Assembly (NCBI GenBank): GCA_963813335.1
Contig: CAWEYL010000001.1
Span: 64,001 to 128,000 of the forward strand
Direction of reading: 5' to 3'
From: an uncultured Chloroflexia bacterium
GTDB taxonomy: Bacteria > Chloroflexota > Limnocylindria > Limnocylindrales > CSP1-4
Length of the DNA stretch: 64,000 nt
In this document: in pieces, positions 21,098 to 30,700 of the stretch
Position numbering within the stretch: the stretch's first letter is position 1
Layout: the number at the start of each line of letters is the position of its first letter
Position numbers and translations under genes: made by a program
Notes under the pieces: generated by a model
What the model was told of the DNA's origin: nothing
What the model saw: only the letters and a program-made list of their open reading frames with translations
The model's database searches: none

Positions 21098-21724
21098 ATG
21101 TCATCCGTCGACCACGGCGCCGCGTCCCCGCGCCCGGCCGACGTCGAGCTCTGGCTTGCCGGACTGGGCCTCGAGCCCGTCGAGCGAGCCGAGCGTGACG
21201 GGATCGCCAGCTGGGATCTCGTCCTCGACGGTCGCCGCCGCTTCGATCTTCGCGTCACGGTCATCCTCGATCCGTCCCTCGCCGTCATCGTCTGGGCGCA
21301 CTACGCCCCGCCGATCGGCGACATGTTCCGCAAGTCGTACCGGAAGCTCCTGCGCTGGAACGACGAGTTCCCGTTCGCCAAGTTCAGCGTCAGCGAGGAC
21401 GAGCGCCCGGTACTCGCCGTCGAGCTGCCGATCGCGGAGGCGAGCGGCGACGAGCTCGGCCTGGCGCTGGCGCGGATCCTCGGGATCGCCGACCGGCTGC
21501 TCGAGGAGACGGCCGGCTGGCTGTGGCTGGGCGGCCGGATCCCCGACCAGGGCGACCGGACCTGCCGGAACGAGGCCCTCCTGGCGCGCTATGAGGCGAG
21601 GCTCCCCGAGCTGCTCGGCGCGGAGCCTTTGACCGCCGACGCGGGCACCGGCGCCGAGCCCGTGACCGCCGCCGCCGAGCCGATGACCGCCGCCGCGGCC
21701 GCCGGCGCCGAGGACGACGCGTGA
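21098..21724 (+). CDS. YbjN-like (T3SS chaperone-fold) protein
   Basis: KLLRWND...KFSV pattern resembles YbjN-like proteins; family call from memory. Confidence 0.55.
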   Translation: MSSVDHGAASPRPADVELWLAGLGLEPVERAERDGIASWDLVLDGRRRFDLRVTVILDPSLAVIVWAHYAPPIGDMFRKSYRKLLRWNDEFPFAKFSVSEDERPVLAVELPIAEASGDELGLALARILGIADRLLEETAGWLWLGGRIPDQGDRTCRNEALLARYEARLPELLGAEPLTADAGTGAEPVTAAAEPMTAAAAAGAEDDA

Positions 21725-23734
21725 CCCGCCGCCTCGTCCCGCTGGTGCTGGCGCTGGTCGCCGCGGTCGGGCTGCTCGGCGCGCCCGCCTCGACGACCGA
21801 GGTGCGGGCCGCGAGCCCCGACCTGACCATCGTCGCGGACGCCCGCTACGACGTGCAGCCCGCCCAGCGGCGCGTCCGGGTGACGCTGAACCTGACGCTC
21901 ACCAACCATCTCGCCGACACGAAGACCACGCGCTACTACTTCGACAAGGCGTTCCTCGCCGTCCTGCCCGGCACGAAGGCGTTCGGGCTGTCGTGGGCCG
22001 GTTCCGGGACGCCGACGGTCGTCGCGACGAAGGCGACCAAGGACTACACGCTCCTGCGCCTGGGTCTCGCGCAGCGCCTCTACAGCGGCAAGAGTGCCCA
22101 GTACACGTTGCGCTTCGACCTGCCGGACCCGGGCGGTGCCGCGACGCGCGACCTGCGCATCGGAGATTCCCTGGCCTCCTTCCCGGTCTGGGGCTTCGGT
22201 ACCGACTCGACGACCGGCGGCTCGGTCACGGTCGTCTTCCCGAAGGGCTTCTCCGTGAACGTCCAGGCCGGTTCGATCCCGAAGCCGACGGTCGACGCGA
22301 CGGGCCGGGTCATCTTCCATTCAGGGACCCTGGCCCAGCCGCTGTCCTTCTTCGCCTACCTCGTCGGCGACCGCCCGGGCGCGTACACGACCCGGTCCGT
22401 CTCGGCGACCGTCGAGGGCACGCCCGTCTCGATGTCCGTCCAGTCGTGGCCCGACGACAAGGCCTGGGCCAAGCGCGTCGGCGACCTCATGGCCAAGGCC
22501 CTGCCGGTCCTCGGCAAGGACGTCGGCCTGCCGTGGCCGCGGGCGGACACCCTGACCGTCCGCGAGGCCGTCAGCCATTCGACCGGCGGCTACGCCGGGC
22601 TGTTCGATCCCGCCAAGGGCGTCGTCGAGGTCGCCTACTACGCCGACAGCTTCGTGGTCCTGCACGAATCCGCGCACGGCTGGTTCAACGGCGCGCTGCT
22701 CGCGGACCGCTGGGCCAACGAGGGGTTCGCCTCCTACTACGCGCTCCAGGCCGCCGGCGGCCCTGAAGGTCAAGGCCACCGGCGACGTCCTGACCGCCAA
22801 GCTCAAGGCGTCCCGCATCCCGCTCAACGCCTGGGGTCCGATCGGGCGGGACACCGGCGCCACCGAGGACTACGCGTACGCGGCCAGCCTCGCCCTCGCG
22901 ACGGCCATCGGCGACCGGGCCTCGTCCGATGCCCTCAAGGCCGTCTGGGCCGACGCGGCCGGGCATGTCGGCGCCTACCAGCCACCCGCCGGCGGCACGC
23001 CCGAGACCGTGGATGGCGCGCCGGACTGGCGCGGGCTGCTGGATCTCCTGGAGGCCGAGGGCGGGGTCCGCTTCGACGACCTGTGGCGGACCTGGGTCGC
23101 GCGCGACGAGGACCTGCCGCTGCTCGACGCGCGGGCCGCGGCGCGTGAGCGCTACGACCAGGTCGTGGGCGACGCCGGCGACTGGACGCTGCCGAAGCCG
23201 ATCCGCGACGCCATGCGCGCCTGGCGGTTCGACGACGCGACGCGGATGCTCGGCGAAGCGAGCGCGGTCCTCGCACGACGGGCGACCATCGAATCGACCG
23301 CCGCCGCCGTCGGGCTGACCCCGTCCCCGGCGCTCGAAGCCGCCTTCGAGGGCGACGACGGCTTCGCCGACGCGATCGCCGAGGCCGACGCCGAGGACAT
23401 CGCGATCGCCGCCTATCGCGACGCCGTCGCCTCGCGTCCGGTCGCCGCGGACCCGCTCATGTCGCTCGGGCTGTGGGGCGTCGACCCGGACGTCCAGCTG
23501 GTCGCGGCCAGGTCGGCCTTCGAGGCGGGAGACCTCGTCGGCTCGGCGAAGGCGGCGGACGCCGCCGAGGCGACCTGGGCCGGGGCGACATCCATCGGCC
23601 AGGGCCGCGCCCTCGGCATCGCCATGCTGCTCGCCGCCATCGTGCTCGCGATCGTGCTGGCCTTCGCCTGGGTCCGTGGGCGGACCGGCCGCCGGCGCCG
23701 GCACCGGATGCAGGCCCACCGGATCAAGCAGTGA
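21721..23734 (+). CDS. Exported, membrane-anchored gluzincin-like metalloprotease (frameshift near 22757)
   Basis: Signal peptide; HESAHGWF...WANEGFASY (M1-like HEXXH...E); C-terminal TM with an Arg-rich tail. Confidence 0.65.
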
Positions 23735-23860
23735 TGGCCCGCGGCTGGCACCGGGGCGCCCGGCGGGCCGGGACTCATACGCTACACTCGCCGCCACCTC
23801 CGGGCCGGTGCCGCCGCCCGTCGAGGCCACACCGCGCGAGGAAGGAAGCACGCCGGACTG

Positions 23861-24889
23861 ATGGGGCTGCAGCGCGTTCGACCCTCGCACGAGATCCTGT
23901 CCGGCGACTCGGCCGACGTCTACTTCAGCCGCGCAGAGCACATCCTCGAGCAGGAGGGCCGGGACCCGCTCGTCTCGATGGAGGTCTTCGCCCGCGAGGA
24001 GGCGGTGCTCTGCGGGATCGGCGAGGCCAAGAACCTGCTCGGCCACGTCCTGGCCTCCGCCGACCCAGCGGAGACCCACCTCGAGGCGCTCGACGACGGC
24101 GACCTGATCGCCCCCAAGGAGGTCGTCCTGCGGATCCGTGCGCGGTATCGCCGGTTCGGGCTGTACGAGACCGCCTTCCTCGGGATGCTCGCCCACTCCA
24201 CCGGCTGGGCGACGGCCGCGCGCGAGTGCGTGGAGGCGGCTGCGCCGGAGCCGGTCATCAGCTTCGGGGCGCGGCACATCCACCCGGACATCACCGACGT
24301 CCTCGACTACGCCGCGATCGTCGGCGGCTGCGTCGGCGCGTCCACGCCGGCCGGCGCCCGGCTGGCCGGACTCGCCCCGACCGGCACGATGCCCCACTCG
24401 CTGGTGCTGATCTTCGGCGACACGGTCGAGGCATCGCTCGCGTTCGACCGCCATGTCGGCCCCGAGGTCCCGCGGATCGTGCTCGTCGACACGTTCAAGG
24501 ACGAGGCCGAGGAGGCGCTCCGGGTCGCCCATGCGCTCGGCGACCGGCTGTACGGCGTCCGCCTCGACACCCCGTCCGAGCGCGGCCGGGTGACCGTGGA
24601 CCTCGTCAAGGAGGTCCGGGCGCGGCTCGACCAGGCCGGCTTCGGCCACGTCAAGATCGTGGTCTCGGGCGGGCTGACGCCCGACCGGATCGCCTACTTC
24701 AAGGAGGCGGGTTCGCCGGTCGATTCGTTCGCCGTCGGGTCCTACATCTCCGGCGCGACGCCGGTCGACTTCACCGGCGACATCAAGGAGATCGACGGCA
24801 CGCCGATCGCCAAGCGCGGGCGGATCCCCGGACTCACCGACTCGCCGCGCCTGCGGACCGTGGACCTGGCCGCTTACCGCGAGGGCTGA
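23861..24889 (+). CDS. pncB: Nicotinate phosphoribosyltransferase (short type)
   Basis: ADVYF, SFGARH, GTMPHS, LVDTF, VRLDTP and VSGG motifs. Confidence 0.85.
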   Translation: MGLQRVRPSHEILSGDSADVYFSRAEHILEQEGRDPLVSMEVFAREEAVLCGIGEAKNLLGHVLASADPAETHLEALDDGDLIAPKEVVLRIRARYRRFGLYETAFLGMLAHSTGWATAARECVEAAAPEPVISFGARHIHPDITDVLDYAAIVGGCVGASTPAGARLAGLAPTGTMPHSLVLIFGDTVEASLAFDRHVGPEVPRIVLVDTFKDEAEEALRVAHALGDRLYGVRLDTPSERGRVTVDLVKEVRARLDQAGFGHVKIVVSGGLTPDRIAYFKEAGSPVDSFAVGSYISGATPVDFTGDIKEIDGTPIAKRGRIPGLTDSPRLRTVDLAAYREG

Positions 24890-24980
24890 GCCGGAGGTGC
24901 CGCGAGGCTTGCTGCGGTCCGCGACCGTCGCGATCGCGCTCGCATGGCCGCGAATCGGGTCTCGTGCGACGATCGACGCC

Positions 24981-25406
24981 ATGGACGACGAACGCGACGC
25001 GGGCATCACGAACGAGTCCGGCGGTGAGCCCGGGACCGAGAACGCGTATGACCTGCTCCAGCGCGGGCACGAGCTGCTCGGCGACCGGCACTACGCGCAG
25101 GCGGCGGTCGTCCTCCAGCGGGCGGCGCGCCTGGAGCCAGGCCGCGGCTCGATCCTCGAGGCGCTCGCCCGGGCGTTCTACAACTCCGGTCAGTCGGAGG
25201 CGGCGCGCGAGACCTTCGAGGCGCTGCTCGAGGTCGACCCGTCCTCGCACTACGGCCACTACGGGCTGGGCCAGAGCCTCAAGCGGCTCGGTCGCCGGAA
25301 CGAGGCGCGGACGCATGTGCGGCTGGCCGTCGCGCTCAGCCCCGGGACGGCGCTCTATCGGGACGCGCTCGCCCGGCTGGGTCCGGCCCCGGCAGCAGAC
25401 GACTAG
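24981..25406 (+). CDS. Small TPR protein
   Basis: TPR-like repeats (EALARAFY, YGLGQSL, ALSP). Confidence 0.8.
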   Translation: MDDERDAGITNESGGEPGTENAYDLLQRGHELLGDRHYAQAAVVLQRAARLEPGRGSILEALARAFYNSGQSEAARETFEALLEVDPSSHYGHYGLGQSLKRLGRRNEARTHVRLAVALSPGTALYRDALARLGPAPAADD

Positions 25407-26029
25407 GGCTTCGACTCCCCGCGCAGCCGGGCGAGCCAGAACAGCCCCACCAGCGACTTCGCGTCGACGATCTCGCCCCGTTCCGCCTCGGCCAGCGCGT
25501 CCCGCCAGGGGATCCGCTCGACCAGCAGGCGCTCGTCCTCGTCGGGGCCGAGGCGGCCGTCCTCGGCCGCCGCCCGCAGGTCCGTGGCGAGGTAGAGGTG
25601 CATCAGCTCCTCGGTGAAGCCCGGCGCCGAGAAGAAGCTGCCGAGCAGCCGCCACGTGCCGGCCTGCAGGCCGGTCTCCTCCTCGAGCTCGCGCCGCGCC
25701 GCGTGCTCTGGGTCCTCGGTCGTCCCGTCGTCGGCGACGTCCAGGCCGCCGGCCGGGATCTCGCGCAGGATCCGTCCCGCCGCGAGGCGGAACTGGCGAA
25801 CCAGCAGGATCCGGTCCTCGTCGTCGATGGCGACGATGGCGACGGCGCCCGGGTGCCCAGCGATGTCGCGCGTCGAGCGGGAGCCGTCGGCACGCTCGAT
25901 GGTGTCGACGCGGAACGTCAGGTAGCGGCCGTGATGGAGGACCGTCGAATCCACGACGCGCTCGACGAGATCGGCCCCGGAGGGATCCTCCGGGGCCGTC
26001 TGGGGTTCCTGGTCCGGGCCGGTGGTCAG
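25403..26029 (-). CDS. NUDIX hydrolase (ADP-ribose pyrophosphatase-like); start uncertain
   Basis: HPGAVA, LVRQFR, EIPAGGLD...ARRELEEETG Nudix box. Confidence 0.85.
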   Translation of the reverse strand: MTTGPDQEPQTAPEDPSGADLVERVVDSTVLHHGRYLTFRVDTIERADGSRSTRDIAGHPGAVAIVAIDDEDRILLVRQFRLAAGRILREIPAGGLDVADDGTTEDPEHAARRELEEETGLQAGTWRLLGSFFSAPGFTEELMHLYLATDLRAAAEDGRLGPDEDERLLVERIPWRDALAEAERGEIVDAKSLVGLFWLARLRGESKP

Positions 26030-27204
26030 CTGACGACCACCGAGGGGGAGTCGCTCGGCGCGGCGTGCGAGGTGATCACCGCCGGGGGCGCGTCCTCGGT
26101 CGGGATGAGGTCCGGGGCCACCGTCATGCCGGTCTCGGCGTCGAACAGGTGGACCTTGGTGAGCGGCAGCACGAGGTTGACGATGTCGCCCGGCCGGACG
26201 CGATGCTCCGAGTCGACGATCGCCACGATGTCCTTGTCGGCGGCGTTGAGGTGGAGCAGCTCCTCGTTGCCGAGGTACTCCACGACGTCGGCCCGGGCGC
26301 GGAACGAGCCGACATCGCTGGCCGGATCGCCGATGTCGAGGTGCTCCGGGCGGAACCCTGCGACGAGCGAGCGACCGGGCACGACCGCGGCGTCCTTGTA
26401 CTGCCTGGGCAGCGGGATCGACCAGTCGCCGGGGCCGACGAGGCGCGAGCTGCCGGTCGAGTTGTCGAGCGTGACGTCGACGAAGTTCATCGACGGGCTG
26501 CCGATGAAGCCGGCGACGAAGCGGTTGATCGGGGTGTCGTAGAGGGTCTGCGGGGTGCCGACCTGCTGGAGGATGCCCTCGTTCATGACCGCGATCCGCG
26601 AGCCCATCGTCATGGCCTCGATCTGGTCGTGGGTGACGTAGACCATGGTGGTCCCGAGGCGCTGGTGGAGGCGGGCGATCTCGGCGCGGGTCTGCACGCG
26701 CAGCTTGGCGTCGAGGTTGGACAGCGGCTCGTCCATGAGGAACACGGCCGGTTCGCGGACGATGGCGCGACCGAGCGCGACGCGCTGGCGCTGGCCGCCG
26801 GAGAGCTCCTTCGGCTTGCGGTCGAGGAGCTTGTCGAGCTGGATGGTCTCGGCGGCTTCCTTGACGCGGCGCTCGATGTCGGCCTTGGGGACCTTGCGCA
26901 GCTTGAGCCCGAAGGCGAGGTTGTCGCGCACCGACATGTGCGGGTAGAGCGCGTAGCTCTGGAAGACCATCGCGATGTCGCGATCCTTGGGCGGGACGTC
27001 GTTGACGACGCGGTCGCCGATGCGGAGGGTGCCGGTCGTGATCTCCTCGAGCCCGGCGATCATCCGCAGGCTGGTGGTCTTCCCGCAGCCCGATGGCCCG
27101 ACCAGGACCATGAATTCGCCGTCGCCGATCTCGAGGTTCAGGTCCGAGACGGCGTGGAAGTCGCCGTACATCTTGTTGACGTTCTCGAACGTCACGGTCG
27201 CCAT
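26026..27204 (-). CDS. Sugar ABC transporter ATPase (MsmK/MsiK/UgpC family)
   Basis: GPSGCGKT, LSGGQRQR, DEPLSNLD and FVAGFIGSP motifs. Confidence 0.93.
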   Translation of the reverse strand: MATVTFENVNKMYGDFHAVSDLNLEIGDGEFMVLVGPSGCGKTTSLRMIAGLEEITTGTLRIGDRVVNDVPPKDRDIAMVFQSYALYPHMSVRDNLAFGLKLRKVPKADIERRVKEAAETIQLDKLLDRKPKELSGGQRQRVALGRAIVREPAVFLMDEPLSNLDAKLRVQTRAEIARLHQRLGTTMVYVTHDQIEAMTMGSRIAVMNEGILQQVGTPQTLYDTPINRFVAGFIGSPSMNFVDVTLDNSTGSSRLVGPGDWSIPLPRQYKDAAVVPGRSLVAGFRPEHLDIGDPASDVGSFRARADVVEYLGNEELLHLNAADKDIVAIVDSEHRVRPGDIVNLVLPLTKVHLFDAETGMTVAPDLIPTEDAPPAVITSHAAPSDSPSVVVS

Positions 27205-27357
27205 GGCACAACCTCCATCCTGACCGTCATCGCGGGTCCATGCATCCGGCCACCGAAGTGGCGTGGACGGACCCCGTACGTGGCGGCGCAGGGCCCTTGC
27301 ATCGTAGGGTCGCGGACCCCTGCCCGCAACCCCGGAATGCGCCGTCCGCGTCGAAGC

Positions 27358-28470
27358 CTACGCCCCGTCGACCCAGCGGCCGCCGCGGAGGACGCGGCGG
27401 ACCCGGAGGTCGTCGTCGAGCTCGACGAGGTCCGCTCGCTGGCCGGCGGCGAGGCGTCCGCGGTCCTCGACCCCGAGCATCGCCAGCGGGTTGCGCGAGG
27501 CGGCCGCGACGGCAGCGGGCAGCGGGACACCGCTCGCGACGAGGTTCCGGACCGCCGTGTCGAGCGCGATGACCGAGCCGGCCAGCGTCGAGGTCCCGGC
27601 CAGCGTGGCGCGCCCCCCGGCCACGTCGACCTCGAGCCCGCCGATCCAGGCACGGCCGTCGCCGGTCCCCGCGGGCGGGATGGCGTCGCTGACCAGGAGC
27701 AGGCGGTCGGCGGGCTTCGTGCGGATGATCAACGGCCAGATGGCCGGGTCGACGTGCTCGCCGTCGGCGATCAGCTCCACGTAGGCACGGTCGTCGACCA
27801 GGGCCGCCGCGGCCAGTCCCGGCGCCCGGTGGTCGACCCCGGTCATCCCGTTGAACAGGTGGGTGGTCGATGTCGCACCGGCGTCGTAGCCGGCCCGTGC
27901 CTCGGGGAGCGTGGCGGCGGAATGGCCCAGCGAGACGCGGACGCCGAGCGCGTGCAGCCGCTCGATGAGGGCCAGGGCGCCCGGCCGCTCGGGGGCGATG
28001 GTGATCAGCCGCAGCCCGCCCAGCAGCGGCCCGATCTCGGCCGGGTCCACGTCGGCTGGGTCGCGCAGCTGCGCCGGGTCGTGGGCGCCGCGCTTCGCGT
28101 CGGCCAGGAACGGGCCTTCGAGGTTGGACCCGAGCGGCGCCGCGCCATCCGCGGGCGCGACCGGCATCCAGCCGCGGACCCGCTCCGCGAACTCGGCGAG
28201 GACCGGCAGCGGCGCGGAGACCGCGGAGGGCAGGAACGACGTGACCCCGTGGCGCAGCAGCGCGCGGGCCATCCCGTCGAGCGCCGCCGTGTCGCCCATC
28301 GCGTCGTGGCCGCCCCAGCCGTGGACATGGACGTCGACGAATCCGGGGGCGATGAGCGGGCCGCCCGCGGCGGCCGGGTCGACCTCGACGGCCGTGATGC
28401 GGCCGTCGGCCACCTCGATCCAACCCGGTTCGACCCGGTCGTCGAGGACCAGCCGGCCACGGACGATCAC
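27358..28470 (-). CDS. nagA: N-acetylglucosamine-6-phosphate deacetylase
   Basis: PGFVDVHVHG, LEGPF, GAH, THLFN, IADGEH and LAGS motifs. Confidence 0.92.
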   Translation of the reverse strand: MIVRGRLVLDDRVEPGWIEVADGRITAVEVDPAAAGGPLIAPGFVDVHVHGWGGHDAMGDTAALDGMARALLRHGVTSFLPSAVSAPLPVLAEFAERVRGWMPVAPADGAAPLGSNLEGPFLADAKRGAHDPAQLRDPADVDPAEIGPLLGGLRLITIAPERPGALALIERLHALGVRVSLGHSAATLPEARAGYDAGATSTTHLFNGMTGVDHRAPGLAAAALVDDRAYVELIADGEHVDPAIWPLIIRTKPADRLLLVSDAIPPAGTGDGRAWIGGLEVDVAGGRATLAGTSTLAGSVIALDTAVRNLVASGVPLPAAVAAASRNPLAMLGVEDRGRLAAGQRADLVELDDDLRVRRVLRGGRWVDGA

Positions 28471-28500
28471 GGCGACCCGGCTCGACCGTGGGCCACGGCG

Positions 28501-29415
28501 TCAGACGACATATGGCCGCAGCACGTTGCGGGCGAGCAGAAAGCCGCCCTTGACCTTCTCGTCGGTGCCCTCGAAGTCGCGGTCCTCGTGCTCGATGATC
28601 ACGTCGCCGTCGTAGCCGGCGCGCCACAGCGCGGCGAACAGGACGCCCCAGTCGACGTCGCCCAGGCCGGGGATGCGCGGGATCTGCCAGCCCATGCCCA
28701 TCGAGAACACGCCGCGCTCGTACAGCCCCTCGCGGTCGATGGTCAGGTCCTTGGCCTGCACGTGGAGGATGTGCGGCCCGAACTCGCGGATGAAGCGCGG
28801 GATGTCGATCATCTGCAGGACCAGGTGCGACGGGTCGAAGTTCAGCCCGACCGTGCCGCTCCACTGCTCGAGGATCCGCCGCCACATGCGCGGCGTCGTC
28901 GCGAGGTTGTGGCCGCCGGGCCACTCGTCGTACGAGAACAGCATCGGGCAGTTCTCGAAGGTGAGCTTCCGGCCGTGGTCCGCCGCGAAGGCCACGATGT
29001 CCGGCCAGACCCGGAGCGCGTCCTCCCAGTTCTGGTCCGGGGTCTTGGCGGCGTCGGCGCCCATGAACGTGTTGACGATCGGGACGTCCATCTTCTCGGC
29101 GGCGGTGATCACCTGCTTGAGGTGGCCGATCACCGTCTCGCGATGGGCCGGGTCCGGGTGGAGCGGGTTCGGGTAGAAGCCGAGGCCCGAGATCGTCAGG
29201 CCCGTGGCGCGGATGCCCGCCGCCAGGTCGCGGCCGTCGGCCACGGACAGGTTCGCGACGTCGATGTGCGAGGTCCCGGCGTAGCGCCGGGTCGGGCCGC
29301 TCGTGCGCGGCCAGCACGCGATCTCGATGCTGTCGAAGCCGTTGGCGGCGGTCCAGTCGACCACCTCGTCGAGCGGCGTCTCGGGGAACGGGGCGGTGAG
29401 CAGGCCGAGTCTCAT
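28501..29415 (-). CDS. Sugar phosphate isomerase/epimerase family (xylose-isomerase-like TIM barrel)
   Basis: FENCPM, NFDPSH, HVQAKD and IEHED metal-binding motifs. Confidence 0.85.
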   Translation of the reverse strand: MRLGLLTAPFPETPLDEVVDWTAANGFDSIEIACWPRTSGPTRRYAGTSHIDVANLSVADGRDLAAGIRATGLTISGLGFYPNPLHPDPAHRETVIGHLKQVITAAEKMDVPIVNTFMGADAAKTPDQNWEDALRVWPDIVAFAADHGRKLTFENCPMLFSYDEWPGGHNLATTPRMWRRILEQWSGTVGLNFDPSHLVLQMIDIPRFIREFGPHILHVQAKDLTIDREGLYERGVFSMGMGWQIPRIPGLGDVDWGVLFAALWRAGYDGDVIIEHEDRDFEGTDEKVKGGFLLARNVLRPYVV

Positions 29416-30596
29416 GCGTGCGCTCCTGGGGCGACCGGCGGCCGGGCGACATCGACCCACGCGCCGCGACGGGCGCTCTCCGCGATCGCCTCCATCACCA
29501 GCATCTCGTCGTGGCCGTCGGCGAACGTCGGATAGGCGGGTCGGGCGGCGGGCCGTCCCGCGACGACGTCGGCGTAGATGGCCCGGAAGAGCGCCGCGAA
29601 CGTGTCGGCGAAGCCCTCGACGTGCCCGGCCGGCAGGGCCGCGGCGGCCTGGCCGCCCGGCGACATCAGGGCCGCGTCCTTGAACAGGATCTCGTTGGGC
29701 CGCTCGCGGTGGCCCAGCCAGATCTGGTCGGGCAGCTCCGAATCCCAGGCCATCGACGAGTCGGACCCGTCGATCTCCCACTGGACCGAGTTCTTCCGGC
29801 CGGCGCTGATCTGCGACACGCTCAACGCGCCCCGGGCGCCGCCCTCGAAGCGGAGCAGGATCGTGGCGGTGTCCTCCGTGCTGATCTCGCGAGTGACGGT
29901 CTCGGCCGAGCGCTCGGTCGAGAACGTCTCGACCGGCCCGGCCGGCTGCTGGCGGACCGGGATGAAGGTGGCGAGGTCGGCCATGACCGCGGCGATCCGG
30001 TGGCCGGTCACGAAGGTCATGAGGTCGAGCCAGTGCGACCCGATGTCGCCCACGGCGCGGAGCGCTCCGCCGCGGTCCGGTTGCAGCCGCCAGTTCCAGT
30101 CGCCCGGGAGGAGCAGCCAGTCCTGGAAGTAGCGTCCCGTCACCAGCCGGACCTCGCCGAGCGCCCCGCCCGCGACGGCGTCACGGGCGTGCTGGTTCAG
30201 CGGGTAGTGGCGGATGTTGAAGTTGACGGCGTTGACGCGGCCGCTCGCGGCGGCGGTTGCCACCAGCCGGGTCGACTCCGCGGACGTCAGGGCGAGCGGC
30301 TTCTCGCAGACGACGTGGCGCCCGGACTCGAGGACCGCGATCGACTGGCTGACGTGGAGGTCGTTGGGCGAGGTCACATGGACGACGTCGACACTCGGGT
30401 CCGCGAGGAGCTCGTCCAGCGAGGCATAGGCCTTCGCCACCCCGAGGGTCTCGGCACGCGCCGCGCCTCGCTCGGCGGTGCTGCCGAGGACGCCCCGGAC
30501 CTGGACTCCGATGCGGCGGAGCGCCTCCACGTGGACGGTGCCGATGAAGCCCGTCCCGATCACCGCGGTGCCGACGCCCGCGATCCCGCTCGTCAT
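29412..30596 (-). CDS. Gfo/Idh/MocA oxidoreductase
   Basis: GTGFIG, CEKPLA, YFQDW and DIGSHWLD motifs. Confidence 0.9.
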   Translation of the reverse strand: MTSGIAGVGTAVIGTGFIGTVHVEALRRIGVQVRGVLGSTAERGAARAETLGVAKAYASLDELLADPSVDVVHVTSPNDLHVSQSIAVLESGRHVVCEKPLALTSAESTRLVATAAASGRVNAVNFNIRHYPLNQHARDAVAGGALGEVRLVTGRYFQDWLLLPGDWNWRLQPDRGGALRAVGDIGSHWLDLMTFVTGHRIAAVMADLATFIPVRQQPAGPVETFSTERSAETVTREISTEDTATILLRFEGGARGALSVSQISAGRKNSVQWEIDGSDSSMAWDSELPDQIWLGHRERPNEILFKDAALMSPGGQAAAALPAGHVEGFADTFAALFRAIYADVVAGRPAARPAYPTFADGHDEMLVMEAIAESARRGAWVDVARPPVAPGAHA

Positions 30597-30700
30597 GCCC
30601 GGCTCACCTGCGTAGGCTCTCCGTCCGGTGGGGACGTCCCGGTGCCATCATCACCTATCCGCCGCACCCCGCGCCTGCCGGCGCCCGATGGAGGAGCCGC

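Noticed and set aside
23861-26029. pncB + TPR + NUDIX as an NAD-related defence or salvage system
   Set aside because: NUDIX is on the opposite strand and coupled to msmK, and no defence-type genes are nearby. An ordinary housekeeping arrangement suffices.
27210-27350. Possible riboswitch or repeat between nagA and msmK
   Set aside because: Only weak partial repeats and no recognisable RNA consensus.
26065-29535. Long Arg/Gly/Pro-rich antisense ORFs (this one and many like it)
   Set aside because: Shadow ORFs expected in high-GC DNA; they lie opposite genes with clear motifs.
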